DNA of 64,000 nucleotides from NCBI GenBank assembly GCA_000146465.1, contig CP001943.1; one strand, 5' to 3'. Shown piece by piece: positions 57,201 to 64,000 of this stretch (position 1 is its first letter; each line of letters starts with the position of its first letter). The notes under the pieces were generated by a model. It saw only the letters and a program-made list of their open reading frames with translations, ran no database searches and was not told where the DNA came from. The position numbers and the translations under genes were made by a program.

Positions 57201-59647
57201 GGTTCTGTGTTGATAAAAACTTCGCAGCAGCAAGGAGATGCTTAGAGCCAGAAGTGATTCTTGGGAATTGTACCACGGAGTCGGATGACGAAGAAAAAGG
57301 GAAGGACTTAATAATTCAATCACTGGACATGAAAGACCGTCTATCGGAAATCATAGATGAATGCCAAGACGATGAAGTTATGAAGTTTATGAATGACTGC
57401 AAGAGAATTGAGAAGGATTTTTCCGAATGGAGAAACTTGGAGAGTAGAAATGAGGTCTTCAAGCATTTTGTAAAAGACTGCGAGCTTGTATCTAAGAGCA
57501 AGAATCTACTCAAGACCCTTGATCTGATAGCTGGGAGAAGAGAGATGGCTGGGGACGATAGAATGCTTCTGGAATGCCATGAAAGTCTTATGGCAGGAAT
57601 TAGATCCATGGTGGATGGAAGAGATGATATATCATGTGATGAAATGTTTGAGTCTCTTTTCACTTTATCAAAGGAGAATGTCGGGGAAAGCCAGGATGTA
57701 GGTCTTGAGCACAGAGAATACTTTGACGACTTTGCATCTGTGGATATGGTCCGAGCTGAAAGGCATCATGAAAGGATAGGATACATAGATAGAAGTAGGT
57801 TCGGAAAGACAAGCGGATACAATTCTTTGGATGAATTTGAAAGAGATTTAAAGCTTGGGATGATAAGAAGCTACATGGGAGATAATGATTTTAATAAGTG
57901 CATTCAGGAGATTGGAAGCATGCTTCTCAAGAGGGAGTGGAGCGCACTATATGAACTGGCCAAGCTAAATGTTCTGCAGGGGAAAGTAGGAGATGCAAAG
58001 ACGTCCCTCAAAAAGGTTTTGGAATTGTTTCCTAGAACATCGATATTCCATAAAAGAGCTTTGGCCAGATATGCAGAGATAGTGGATACAAAGACAGGAT
58101 ATGACTCTGCATTGTCAGTCTTAAAGGATTCTGGAAAGCTTTTTCTTCTTGGAGCCAAGAAATTTGAAAGCACAGAGCCGGTGAAGGCAATGGAGATGTA
58201 TATTAACAGTGTAGTGCATGATAGTCAATATTCAGACGAAGCAATTCCTAGAATATTTCATCTGTTTTCCGAGATGACACCTCCAGGAGACATCAATGCG
58301 AGTAGTGCCTTGATTAAGAAGTTCTTAGAATCTTGCCTTTCTCTGCTTCCCCCATACTACAATCAAATTCTCTCCCGATTAAGTCATCCAAACCGAGATG
58401 TGGTGGATGTAGTGTCCAATATTGTGCTTGAGCTCATGGAAAATTATCCTAGCAAGACTTTTTGGAGATCTCTGATCATGATGAACTCCCAGGTTCCAAA
58501 CACTAGGAAGCGCATGGAGGGAATCATCTCCGAGCTTACATTGGATAACAAGGTGGTTCTGTCCAACATCAGGAAGATATCAGAGGGCCTTATGGAAATA
58601 TCAAAATCTAAAAAGAACGAGCTAGCCATGGAGGAAGACTTTCCGGGATTCATTAGAATGTTTCCAACTAATGTCATGGTTCCTAATACCGGGATATTGA
58701 TAAACGGAGTGAAAAATGAGATAAAGGTCTTCAATTCTTTGCAGAGGCCTAAAAGAATATGCTTTGTAGGAAATGATGGAAAAAACTACTACTGGCTTTG
58801 CAAGAACCAGGACGATTTAAGGAAAGATAGCAGGTTTATGGACCTGAACCTCATAATTAACAGCATACTTAGGAAGCAAAGCAACAAAAAGTACATTCGA
58901 ACCTATGCTGTGATACCGTTTAGCCATGAGAGCGGAATCATAGAATGGATCAAGGGGTTGAACTCCCTTAAGGTTATATGCGATTCCTACTATTCAAAAG
59001 ATGGGATATCAATCTCGGAGACTGCATGTCGGTTTGTACAAAACAAGAAGATAGGGCCTCGAGAATGGCATAAGGTTATCTCTAAGTTCGGCCCGAAGTT
59101 TCATCTTTGGTTCAGCGACAACTTTCCGCATCCATATAGTTGGCTATCAGCTAGAAACAATTACACCAGGACGTATGCAATAATGAACATTGTGGGATGG
59201 TTTATGGGTCTGGGAGACAGGCATGCAGAGAACATTCTTTTTGATTCCAACACTGGCGACACAGTCCATGTCGATTTGAACTGTATCTTTGGAAAGGGAA
59301 GAGAGCTGCAAGTTCCAGAAAAGGTTCCATATAGACTCACTCAAAATATAGTGGATGCATTTGGAGTACTTGGGCTTGAAGGTTCATACAATGCCTCTCT
59401 TTGTTCAACGCTGGACCTATTTCTCAAGAACAAAAACATCCTTGTGTCTAACCTCCTATCTTTTGTTTATGATCCTTTATTTGAATGGAGAAGGAAATCC
59501 ACCACCACTCCAAAGAGGATCATCGAAGATCTGTGCCGCAAGATGGATGATTTGGATGTCAGCAGTAAGTGTGATGTTTTGAATGAGGAGGCAACAAAAA
59601 GTGAGAACCTGTGTATGATGTACATAGGATGGCTTCCATTCATTTAG
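54224..59647 (+). CDS. MEC1: PIKK-family checkpoint kinase ATR/Mec1
   Basis: Kinase catalytic and activation loop GLGDRHAENILFDSNTGDTVHVDLNCIFGKGRELQVPEKVPYRLTQNIVDAFGVLGLEG matches ATR [56 protein letters not shown]. A FATC-like C-terminus and a long HEAT/FAT N-terminus are present. The track start at 54209 is TTG, and the first ATG at 54224 is preceded by ATTTATTA…GCCC. Confidence 0.85.
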   Translation: MNRNYLKNLYLQQLESERYSDVFRESLHSLVSVEIMNTVILLAVKDDDEDALIDLLELFLQHLETNPIFYEKLGKSNLHLLLLERPLRMQSYTKLKLVYDKVRPKRTPLSFEHTEFLAKNFYNYCLYKYAYNDYQFDLEMSVEGFGPVEMNLFKDLLRKICIENRENEHLANYVRTLPMDTNVFLAIVEPDFKVDASKLEPEDLFVVYPAQVQRCNLGLFTKPFLCSLNSKEGLCRVCGRRVLEYHFEEIDHEEYLESIAGNIKEICFAVSHWEKARTPRVLITVLRSLFKGCEDLECYKSLKYFPVKEESDMEDIVVKFLRYAASTLNIENIQVSLRMLPFTSHTPKVIFSYFVILFESLRKYPENGFLRSIVKNVVMRNKDKFMKIRAMIFEYYMKGDEESVFDIPNREKEGRGLKDGKDFNTSISDRLERRLAPLSEFFSEECGSFVKNNMFYIYPIIYSLWLPRCTQDLGFTQANNHFLVISLCLQGEESRIDEIGYEKDELYGMGVDVIVPLLCNGYFKYDILERFFGDTRKYISIHLPKFLFALKKVYVERPFEFRVCVFKVLKCIIDAISNNVKMLFNYLFPFVEFFMRKHEDSCGMDCKMIFIEYYSSFFENDCFIRNMPRIFPYLDVEKIVKWSNAKNEEDYLDIVLGLLNTKGHFSQEMATSKAVELLTRVFGSIDKDGVLDEESFVENILTRFFKSPTFRIKVGSIYRRLREVESDAAFLIGCISQEFLEPEIHPSVCDVPIMGNTPEAIARVMIERYLLEIDPGKQDLHFFIIQETLKFIRGPLSDSIEEVVDQFRNTQYLYEHVPTYSTEKLYEKTHTFKKFLERLYRHTLSEVERRNKKEYFNLLRYGDLLGIPFLEFHCLSLCRLLLDSGDSRVAGIAQNISQDLEGGVDRKIARFVLKLHRFTEGKYVPDLVILRISIFLKDHYNAIQVLEKMIRKERRRDLFDLLQYNYYWIKDYDKVLGINSVFGRPTLINLFFGFCVDKNFAAARRCLEPEVILGNCTTESDDEEKGKDLIIQSLDMKDRLSEIIDECQDDEVMKFMNDCKRIEKDFSEWRNLESRNEVFKHFVKDCELVSKSKNLLKTLDLIAGRREMAGDDRMLLECHESLMAGIRSMVDGRDDISCDEMFESLFTLSKENVGESQDVGLEHREYFDDFASVDMVRAERHHERIGYIDRSRFGKTSGYNSLDEFERDLKLGMIRSYMGDNDFNKCIQEIGSMLLKREWSALYELAKLNVLQGKVGDAKTSLKKVLELFPRTSIFHKRALARYAEIVDTKTGYDSALSVLKDSGKLFLLGAKKFESTEPVKAMEMYINSVVHDSQYSDEAIPRIFHLFSEMTPPGDINASSALIKKFLESCLSLLPPYYNQILSRLSHPNRDVVDVVSNIVLELMENYPSKTFWRSLIMMNSQVPNTRKRMEGIISELTLDNKVVLSNIRKISEGLMEISKSKKNELAMEEDFPGFIRMFPTNVMVPNTGILINGVKNEIKVFNSLQRPKRICFVGNDGKNYYWLCKNQDDLRKDSRFMDLNLIINSILRKQSNKKYIRTYAVIPFSHESGIIEWIKGLNSLKVICDSYYSKDGISISETACRFVQNKKIGPREWHKVISKFGPKFHLWFSDNFPHPYSWLSARNNYTRTYAIMNIVGWFMGLGDRHAENILFDSNTGDTVHVDLNCIFGKGRELQVPEKVPYRLTQNIVDAFGVLGLEGSYNASLCSTLDLFLKNKNILVSNLLSFVYDPLFEWRRKSTTTPKRIIEDLCRKMDDLDVSSKCDVLNEEATKSENLCMMYIGWLPFI

Positions 59648-59731
59648 CCTCACTATAAAAGAGATTCCAATGGCAGTCCATTAGATTATCTATCCAAAAT
59701 AACTTAAAATATACTTAGAATACTCTCAAGA

Positions 59732-60241
59732 CTATTTACTTTTCAAAAGACCTTGAAGATCGTCGAGAAACTCCTCATGGATAAGCCTTCCGTTGGAATC
59801 AAAGAGGTCAAACATCGATTTGGTGTACTTACTAGGAATGAGCTTGTTTTTGTTGTAGACCATTATTACATATGTGGGATCAGGTGCACTCACACTTGTG
59901 GAAACCACCCGGTCCTTGAATACCATTGAAGAGCCTGTCCATCGAAAGTAGATTTCTCCAAGAATGTTGATTACGAAATAGATTAGAGTTAATATAGTTA
60001 TGACTTGTTTGTGATACTCAAACTCCGATGTCAAGGAAAAATATGCAACTGCTGAGGCAATGACAGTCGAAATCAGCCCTATTGCTATTTTAATGTCTGT
60101 AGAGACCTTAGACTGCTTGGAATTCCCCACATTTTCCATGAAGTCTCGGATGACATCATCGAGAATAATCTTCAGCTCGCTTAGGTTGTATATGTCTCCT
60201 CTGAGCGGGTTTTTGTTGTACTTGGCTTTTAAGTTATCCAT
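59732..60241 (-). CDS. Signal peptidase complex subunit 2 (SPC2/SPCS2)-like two-TM protein
   Basis: Architecture and local motifs parallel SPCS2. Two central TM helices (IAIGLISTVIASAVAYF; ITILTLIYFVINILGEIYF) are followed by …KSMFDLFDSNGRLIHEEF (SPCS2 has KSIAKFFDHSGTLVMDAY). Start at ATG 60241, which is preceded by AAAATATTTACCCTCT. Confidence 0.55.
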   Translation of the reverse strand: MDNLKAKYNKNPLRGDIYNLSELKIILDDVIRDFMENVGNSKQSKVSTDIKIAIGLISTVIASAVAYFSLTSEFEYHKQVITILTLIYFVINILGEIYFRWTGSSMVFKDRVVSTSVSAPDPTYVIMVYNKNKLIPSKYTKSMFDLFDSNGRLIHEEFLDDLQGLLKSK

Positions 60242-60291
60242 AGAGGGTAAATATTTTACAAAGGTGTTAACTAGGATAGGAGACACCCCAA
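60242..60291. promoter_or_regulatory. 50-bp bidirectional promoter between SPC2-like (-) and MCM5 (+) with a palindromic TAAATATTTTA core flanked by CCC-type motifs
   Basis: Plus strand: AGAGGGTAAATATTTTACAAAGG…GGAGACACCCCAA-ATG. Minus strand: AAAATATTTACCCTCT-ATG. Confidence 0.5.
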
Positions 60292-62418
60292 ATGGATTCC
60301 GATCAACAGTCCTCTGCATTTTCGTTCTATGATGCTAGTCAGGAGAATCTGTTGAATTTTACGCCTTCGCAAGGAGACCTCAGTTCTACTATCCTTCCTA
60401 TAGTGGAGACAGAGAGAGTAAAGGTGATCTGGGGTACTACGATAAACATCCAAGAGACATCCGAGCGGTTCAAGGAGTTTATTAGAAAGAATAGAGACTA
60501 TCATGACGTTCTTGAGCAAATGGATCTTACTCAAGAGTTTGTGTTTGATCTCAATTGTGAAGATCTTGATCCAGATCTTCGAAGTCAGCTTGCAACATAT
60601 CCTCAGGAGATGCTTCCGATTCTCCAGGGATCATTACAGGAAATATATGTGGAGAACTTTCCAAGCTTCAATGGGACCATCAGAATCAGACCCTTTGGAA
60701 TAGGAAAGGCTCTCTCAATAAGAAACATCAATCCAAATGATATCGACAGGATTGTGCAGATTACGGGAATGGTCATCAGGTCGTCGTCTGTGATTCCCGA
60801 GATTGTAAGGGCTTTTTTCCGATGCTCAAAGTGCATGGATGAGTGTTTTGTAGAAAGCATAAGGAATGTGATTGAGGAGCCAAGCAAGTGCAAGTGTGGA
60901 GGGAAGTATTCTCAGCAGTTAGTTCACAATTCAAGTGAATTTGAAGACAAGCAGATATCCAGGATACAAGAACTCCCTGAGGGTATTCCTGATGGAACAA
61001 CACCCATGGCTATGACAATAGTCTGCAGAAACGAGTTTGTTGACGGGCTTGTTCCAGGAGATAGAGTTAAGGTGATAGGAATTTTGAAAGCAACACCGGT
61101 GAGACTCAACCCTGTGATGAAGAAAATCAAGAGTACATTCAGGACTTATCTCGATCTTCTCAGCTACGAGGTAATGAATAAGAAGGTCAAGGAACGGGAT
61201 CCCATTTACAAGATTGATGAGCTTCGAAAAAACCCTAAAGTATATGAGGTGTTGGCGAATTCTATAGCACCCTCTGTGTGTGGAATGGAAGACACAAAGA
61301 AGGCGTTGCTCCTTCAACTATTTGGAGGAGTTCGAAAAGAATTGGGCAGTTCAAGGCTTAGAGGAGACATAAATATACTTCTTGCAGGGGATCCAGGAAT
61401 ATCGAAATCACAGCTACTGAGCTTTATACATAGAACGTCTGAAAGAGGGATGTACACCAGTGGAAGAGGATCAAGTGCAGTTGGACTGACGGCTAGTGTG
61501 GCTAAGGATCCAGATAGTGGGCAATTTATCCTGGAGTCTGGGGCTCTTGTCTTATCTGATAACGGAGTGTGTTGTATCGATGAATTCGACAAGATGAGCG
61601 ATAGCACAAGAAGTGTATTGCATGAGGTAATGGAGCAGCAGACGGTGTCGGTTGCAAAGGCGGGAATTATAACCACATTAAATGCAAGATGTTCCATTCT
61701 TGCAAGCTGCAATCCTATTGAAAGCAAGTACAATCCTCGGAAAAGCATAATTGAAAACATCAATCTTCCTCCCACCTTGCTAAGCAGATTTGATGTTGTG
61801 TGTTTGTTAATAGATAGATCTGATGAATTCCAGGACAGAACCATAGGAGACCATATTGTGTCTCTATATTCCGAGGAGAGGGGAAAAACGGAATGTGTTG
61901 ATGCCGACCTTCTTAAGGCATATGTGAAGGAAGCAAGGAAGATAGTTCCACGATTGACGGCCGAAAGTATGAGGTTGCTGACGCAAGCATATGTGGATCT
62001 TAGGCAAATGGACAATGGAAAAACAATAACCGCAACAACAAGACAATTGGAAAGTTTAATCCGCCTGAGTGAGGCACATGCAAGGATGAGGTTTTCAAGC
62101 ACTGTCGAGGCAAAGGATGTTAAAGAGGCAGTGAGAATAATAAGAGAAAGCCTTCTTATGTATGCGATTGATCCATCTACTGGAAAGGTAGATATGGATA
62201 TGATAATTACAGGAAGAAGTACATTTAGAAACAAGATGCTGGAGAGCCTGAAGGATGCAATCCTTCTAATGATGCGAGACCGAATCGAGGTCTCTGAAAT
62301 AGTTAGGAAGACAGGTGCAAATGAAAAGATGGTGAAAGAGGCCCTAGAGGAGCTTGCACAGGAAGATAAAATAATGACTTCTGGACACGAGTCTTGTTAC
62401 GAAAGGATAAGAGACTAG
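60292..62418 (+). CDS. MCM5: DNA replication licensing factor MCM5
   Basis: Walker A GDPGISKSQLL, Walker B/arginine finger region VCCIDEFDKMSDSTRSVLHEVMEQQTVSVAKAGIITTLNARCSILASCNP (MCM5-type GITTTLN), Cys4 zinc motif, C-terminal winged helix. Confidence 0.85.
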   Translation: MDSDQQSSAFSFYDASQENLLNFTPSQGDLSSTILPIVETERVKVIWGTTINIQETSERFKEFIRKNRDYHDVLEQMDLTQEFVFDLNCEDLDPDLRSQLATYPQEMLPILQGSLQEIYVENFPSFNGTIRIRPFGIGKALSIRNINPNDIDRIVQITGMVIRSSSVIPEIVRAFFRCSKCMDECFVESIRNVIEEPSKCKCGGKYSQQLVHNSSEFEDKQISRIQELPEGIPDGTTPMAMTIVCRNEFVDGLVPGDRVKVIGILKATPVRLNPVMKKIKSTFRTYLDLLSYEVMNKKVKERDPIYKIDELRKNPKVYEVLANSIAPSVCGMEDTKKALLLQLFGGVRKELGSSRLRGDINILLAGDPGISKSQLLSFIHRTSERGMYTSGRGSSAVGLTASVAKDPDSGQFILESGALVLSDNGVCCIDEFDKMSDSTRSVLHEVMEQQTVSVAKAGIITTLNARCSILASCNPIESKYNPRKSIIENINLPPTLLSRFDVVCLLIDRSDEFQDRTIGDHIVSLYSEERGKTECVDADLLKAYVKEARKIVPRLTAESMRLLTQAYVDLRQMDNGKTITATTRQLESLIRLSEAHARMRFSSTVEAKDVKEAVRIIRESLLMYAIDPSTGKVDMDMIITGRSTFRNKMLESLKDAILLMMRDRIEVSEIVRKTGANEKMVKEALEELAQEDKIMTSGHESCYERIRD

Positions 62419-62475
62419 AATGGGTTTGCAAGGGACTAGTCTTCCTCCTAGGTTTGATTTAAATAAAATGGTGTC

Positions 62476-63087
62476 TTAATCTACTTCCTTCTGGATTTTG
62501 TTATGGAAATACCACCAGTAGTAAAACTTTTCCCAATCGGTAAGGCGTCTACCCGAATCTCCCTTACTTCCCTTCATTGCCTGGAGCTGAGACGACTTTA
62601 GTTTGCAGCTGCCAAAGAGTATGGAGTCTTCTATTAAATTTTCGATAACGGCACTTGCATTCATTAAGTTTTCCTGTGTATCTGCACTTATATAACAATG
62701 CAAGGGTTCGGCATATTTGTCCTTGTAGGATCCTCTTATGTATATCCTGGCTTTTGTAATCCTTTCAAGCTGCCTTTGGGTGGATCCTTTTGGACCTATT
62801 ATCAAGCCCACAAAATTGCTTTCGGGGAATTCCTGGACAGGAATGTAGATTTTATTTGTATACATATTTCCAGATATCGAAACATTTCCCTGTATTTGGA
62901 GGCCTAGAATCTGTTGTTTTCTTGATTTCAGCCATTGGACCAGTTGTTGATTGTTGGATGCAACTGCATTTCTAAGGCGTCTATCTATTTCCTCAGAACG
63001 CATGGAACAGAGCAGTTTCTTCAACTCGGATTTACTTTTTACATCTTTTGGGAATGGGACCTTCTCTGGGTGTCGGAACAGCTCCAT
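62476..63087 (-). CDS. MSL5: Branchpoint-binding protein SF1/BBP (KH-QUA2)
   Basis: KH domain NFVGLIIGPKGSTQRQLERITKARIYIRG…EPLHCYISADTQENLMNASAVIENLI matches SF1 NFVGLLIGPRGNTLK…AKIMIRG…EPLHALVTANTMENVKKAVEQIRNIL. Start set to ATG 63087 to avoid overlapping the divergent gene, but the 63213 start cannot be excluded. Confidence 0.75.
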   Translation of the reverse strand: MELFRHPEKVPFPKDVKSKSELKKLLCSMRSEEIDRRLRNAVASNNQQLVQWLKSRKQQILGLQIQGNVSISGNMYTNKIYIPVQEFPESNFVGLIIGPKGSTQRQLERITKARIYIRGSYKDKYAEPLHCYISADTQENLMNASAVIENLIEDSILFGSCKLKSSQLQAMKGSKGDSGRRLTDWEKFYYWWYFHNKIQKEVD

Positions 63088-63126
63088 CAGATGGTCTACC
63101 AAAAAAATGCAAATTTTTCCTCCCCG
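63088..63126. promoter_or_regulatory. 39-bp bidirectional promoter between SF1/BBP (-) and the NTF2-RRM gene (+)
   Basis: CCAAAAAAATGCAAATTTTTCCTCCCCG on the plus strand. The complement reads GGGGAGGAAAAATTTGCATTTTTTTGG toward the SF1 ATG. Confidence 0.45.
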
Positions 63127-63750
63127 ATGGCAAGTATTCCTAAGTCGAACGAAGTAATCTTTGTAAAGAATTATTATAGCATGCTCTGCAACAGGCCATC
63201 GGTCATCCACCAATACTACATGAAGGATTCTCAGCTAACAATCTCCAAGGAGGCGAGCAAGCCCGAAATATGCACCGAGGACTTTGGGAAATACATCAAA
63301 TCGAAGATATCCAGCCCAGTTTCCAAAGTATTCATATCTCACCTGTCTTTTCAAAAGATAGACAACCTGAAATCGGCTATAAGTGTCATCGGGCAATTTG
63401 TTTACAACGACTCGTCGCAAGTGAGAATATCTCATCAGTTCATTGTCTCGAGGATAGATTCTGTTCTATACATCAAGAACGAGATTCTGACGTTCCTAGA
63501 CGAAGAGATTGCTTATGATCTGGACCATGATGCCAAGAAGGTTGTGGTTGTTGAATATGGAAAGAACGAAATGTTACAGGCCATCAATGCTATTTCTGAG
63601 TTTGGAAAGATTAAATCTATGAAGTCTGAGGACGATGGCAAGGTTGTCATGACATTCGACAGTATAGAGGATGTGGAGAATATCAAGAAGAATGTTCCAA
63701 AGATAGTCTCGCAGGGATATAAGTTGGAGTTTGATGGGCTGAAAGTGTGA
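63127..63750 (+). CDS. NTF2-like domain plus RRM protein (G3BP/Bre5-like)
   Basis: N-terminal NTF2 fold (…VIFVKNYYSMLCNRPSVIHQYY…) and a C-terminal RRM-like domain (KVVMTFDSIEDVENIKKNV…). The ATG is preceded by AAAAAAATGCAAATTTTTCCTCCCCG. Confidence 0.65.
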   Translation: MASIPKSNEVIFVKNYYSMLCNRPSVIHQYYMKDSQLTISKEASKPEICTEDFGKYIKSKISSPVSKVFISHLSFQKIDNLKSAISVIGQFVYNDSSQVRISHQFIVSRIDSVLYIKNEILTFLDEEIAYDLDHDAKKVVVVEYGKNEMLQAINAISEFGKIKSMKSEDDGKVVMTFDSIEDVENIKKNVPKIVSQGYKLEFDGLKV

Positions 63751-63851
63751 GGAATCAAAGAACTTTTTGAAATAAATTCTTATGGGCATTTTGTTTTGCA
63801 TGGTTCTTTGCAAATGATGTTTCTTGTCTAATAAAGGCCCTACAAAGGATA

Positions 63852-64000
63852 ATGGAAGAAGAAGGAAAACTGGCAGAGAGATTTGTAAAGGCGTATAATA
63901 GACGTGTAGAGTTGTACAGACAGAGATATGCTCTGGAAGATTCTATAAATGCAAAGCTTGTCGACCAGTGTGCATTGAAAAAAGCAATAGAAATGAATAA
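63852..64000 (+). CDS. 5' part of a gene running off the window (coiled-coil protein)
   Basis: ATG at 63852 opens MEEEGKLAERFVKAYNRRVELYRQRYALEDSINAKLVDQCALKKAIEMN… with no stop before the window end. Confidence 0.25.
   Translation, partial: MEEEGKLAERFVKAYNRRVELYRQRYALEDSINAKLVDQCALKKAIEMN

Noticed and set aside
61314-62234. 306-aa minus-strand ORF
   Set aside because: Entirely antisense to the well-supported MCM5 CDS. Its composition (S/L/I-rich) is typical of antisense frames.

Overview
This 64-kb window reads as a very gene-dense fragment of a eukaryotic nuclear chromosome, most consistent with a microsporidian (Encephalitozoon-like) genome, with GC by eye around 42%. I make it about 58 protein-coding genes on both strands with median intergenic spacers under 100 bp, plus two tRNA genes (tRNA-Pro-AGG and tRNA-Ala-TGC, the latter with the G3:U70 identity pair). 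Protein lengths are widely shortened: ATR about 1,807 aa, MAD1 about 204 aa, RFC subunit 284 aa, CDC45 about 443 aa. There are two tiny 5'-proximal spliceosomal introns of 23 and 32 nt, in the S17e and S8e ribosomal-protein genes. A recurring AAATTT-like plus CCC/GGG motif sits immediately upstream of start codons, and there are several head-to-head gene pairs whose ATGs lie less than 60 bp apart. Recognisable products include HSP90, MCM5, CDC45, an RFC small subunit, an RTEL1-like Fe-S helicase, an ATR/Mec1 checkpoint kinase, a Rad17-like clamp-loader ATPase, a short MAD1, a HIRA-like histone chaperone next to a divergent H2A-like histone, poly(A) polymerase, an Rna14/CstF77-like HAT-repeat protein, SF1/BBP, SmE, TFIIF-beta, Ded1/DDX3, ribosomal proteins eL8, uL6, eL33, eS17 and eS8, a ubiquitin-eS31 fusion plus a second ubiquitin locus, RLP24, SEC11 and a likely SPC2, p24, a TRAPP Bet3-family subunit, a SNAP25-like SNARE, a thioredoxin-domain membrane protein, a serine palmitoyltransferase LCB1-like subunit, thioredoxin reductase, an HscB/Jac1-like J-protein, archease, NAC-alpha, a prenyltransferase alpha subunit, a Sel1/Hrd3-like protein, a WOPR-family regulator, and two CTLH/GID E3-ligase components (a muskelin-like protein and Gid8/TWA1). 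No prokaryotic-style defence island, CRISPR array or transposon is visible. The most interesting items are the intron-split ribosomal-protein genes (their first exons are invisible to plain ORF finding), the conserved promoter motif and bidirectional promoter architecture, two predicted secreted low-complexity proteins, the retained CTLH and checkpoint modules with minimised proteins, and a few unusually long non-coding gaps that could hide ncRNAs. All calls rest on manual reading and remembered family signatures, since no searches could be run. Many ORF-track 'M' starts are actually GTG/TTG codons, and I re-set those starts to the first in-frame ATG.
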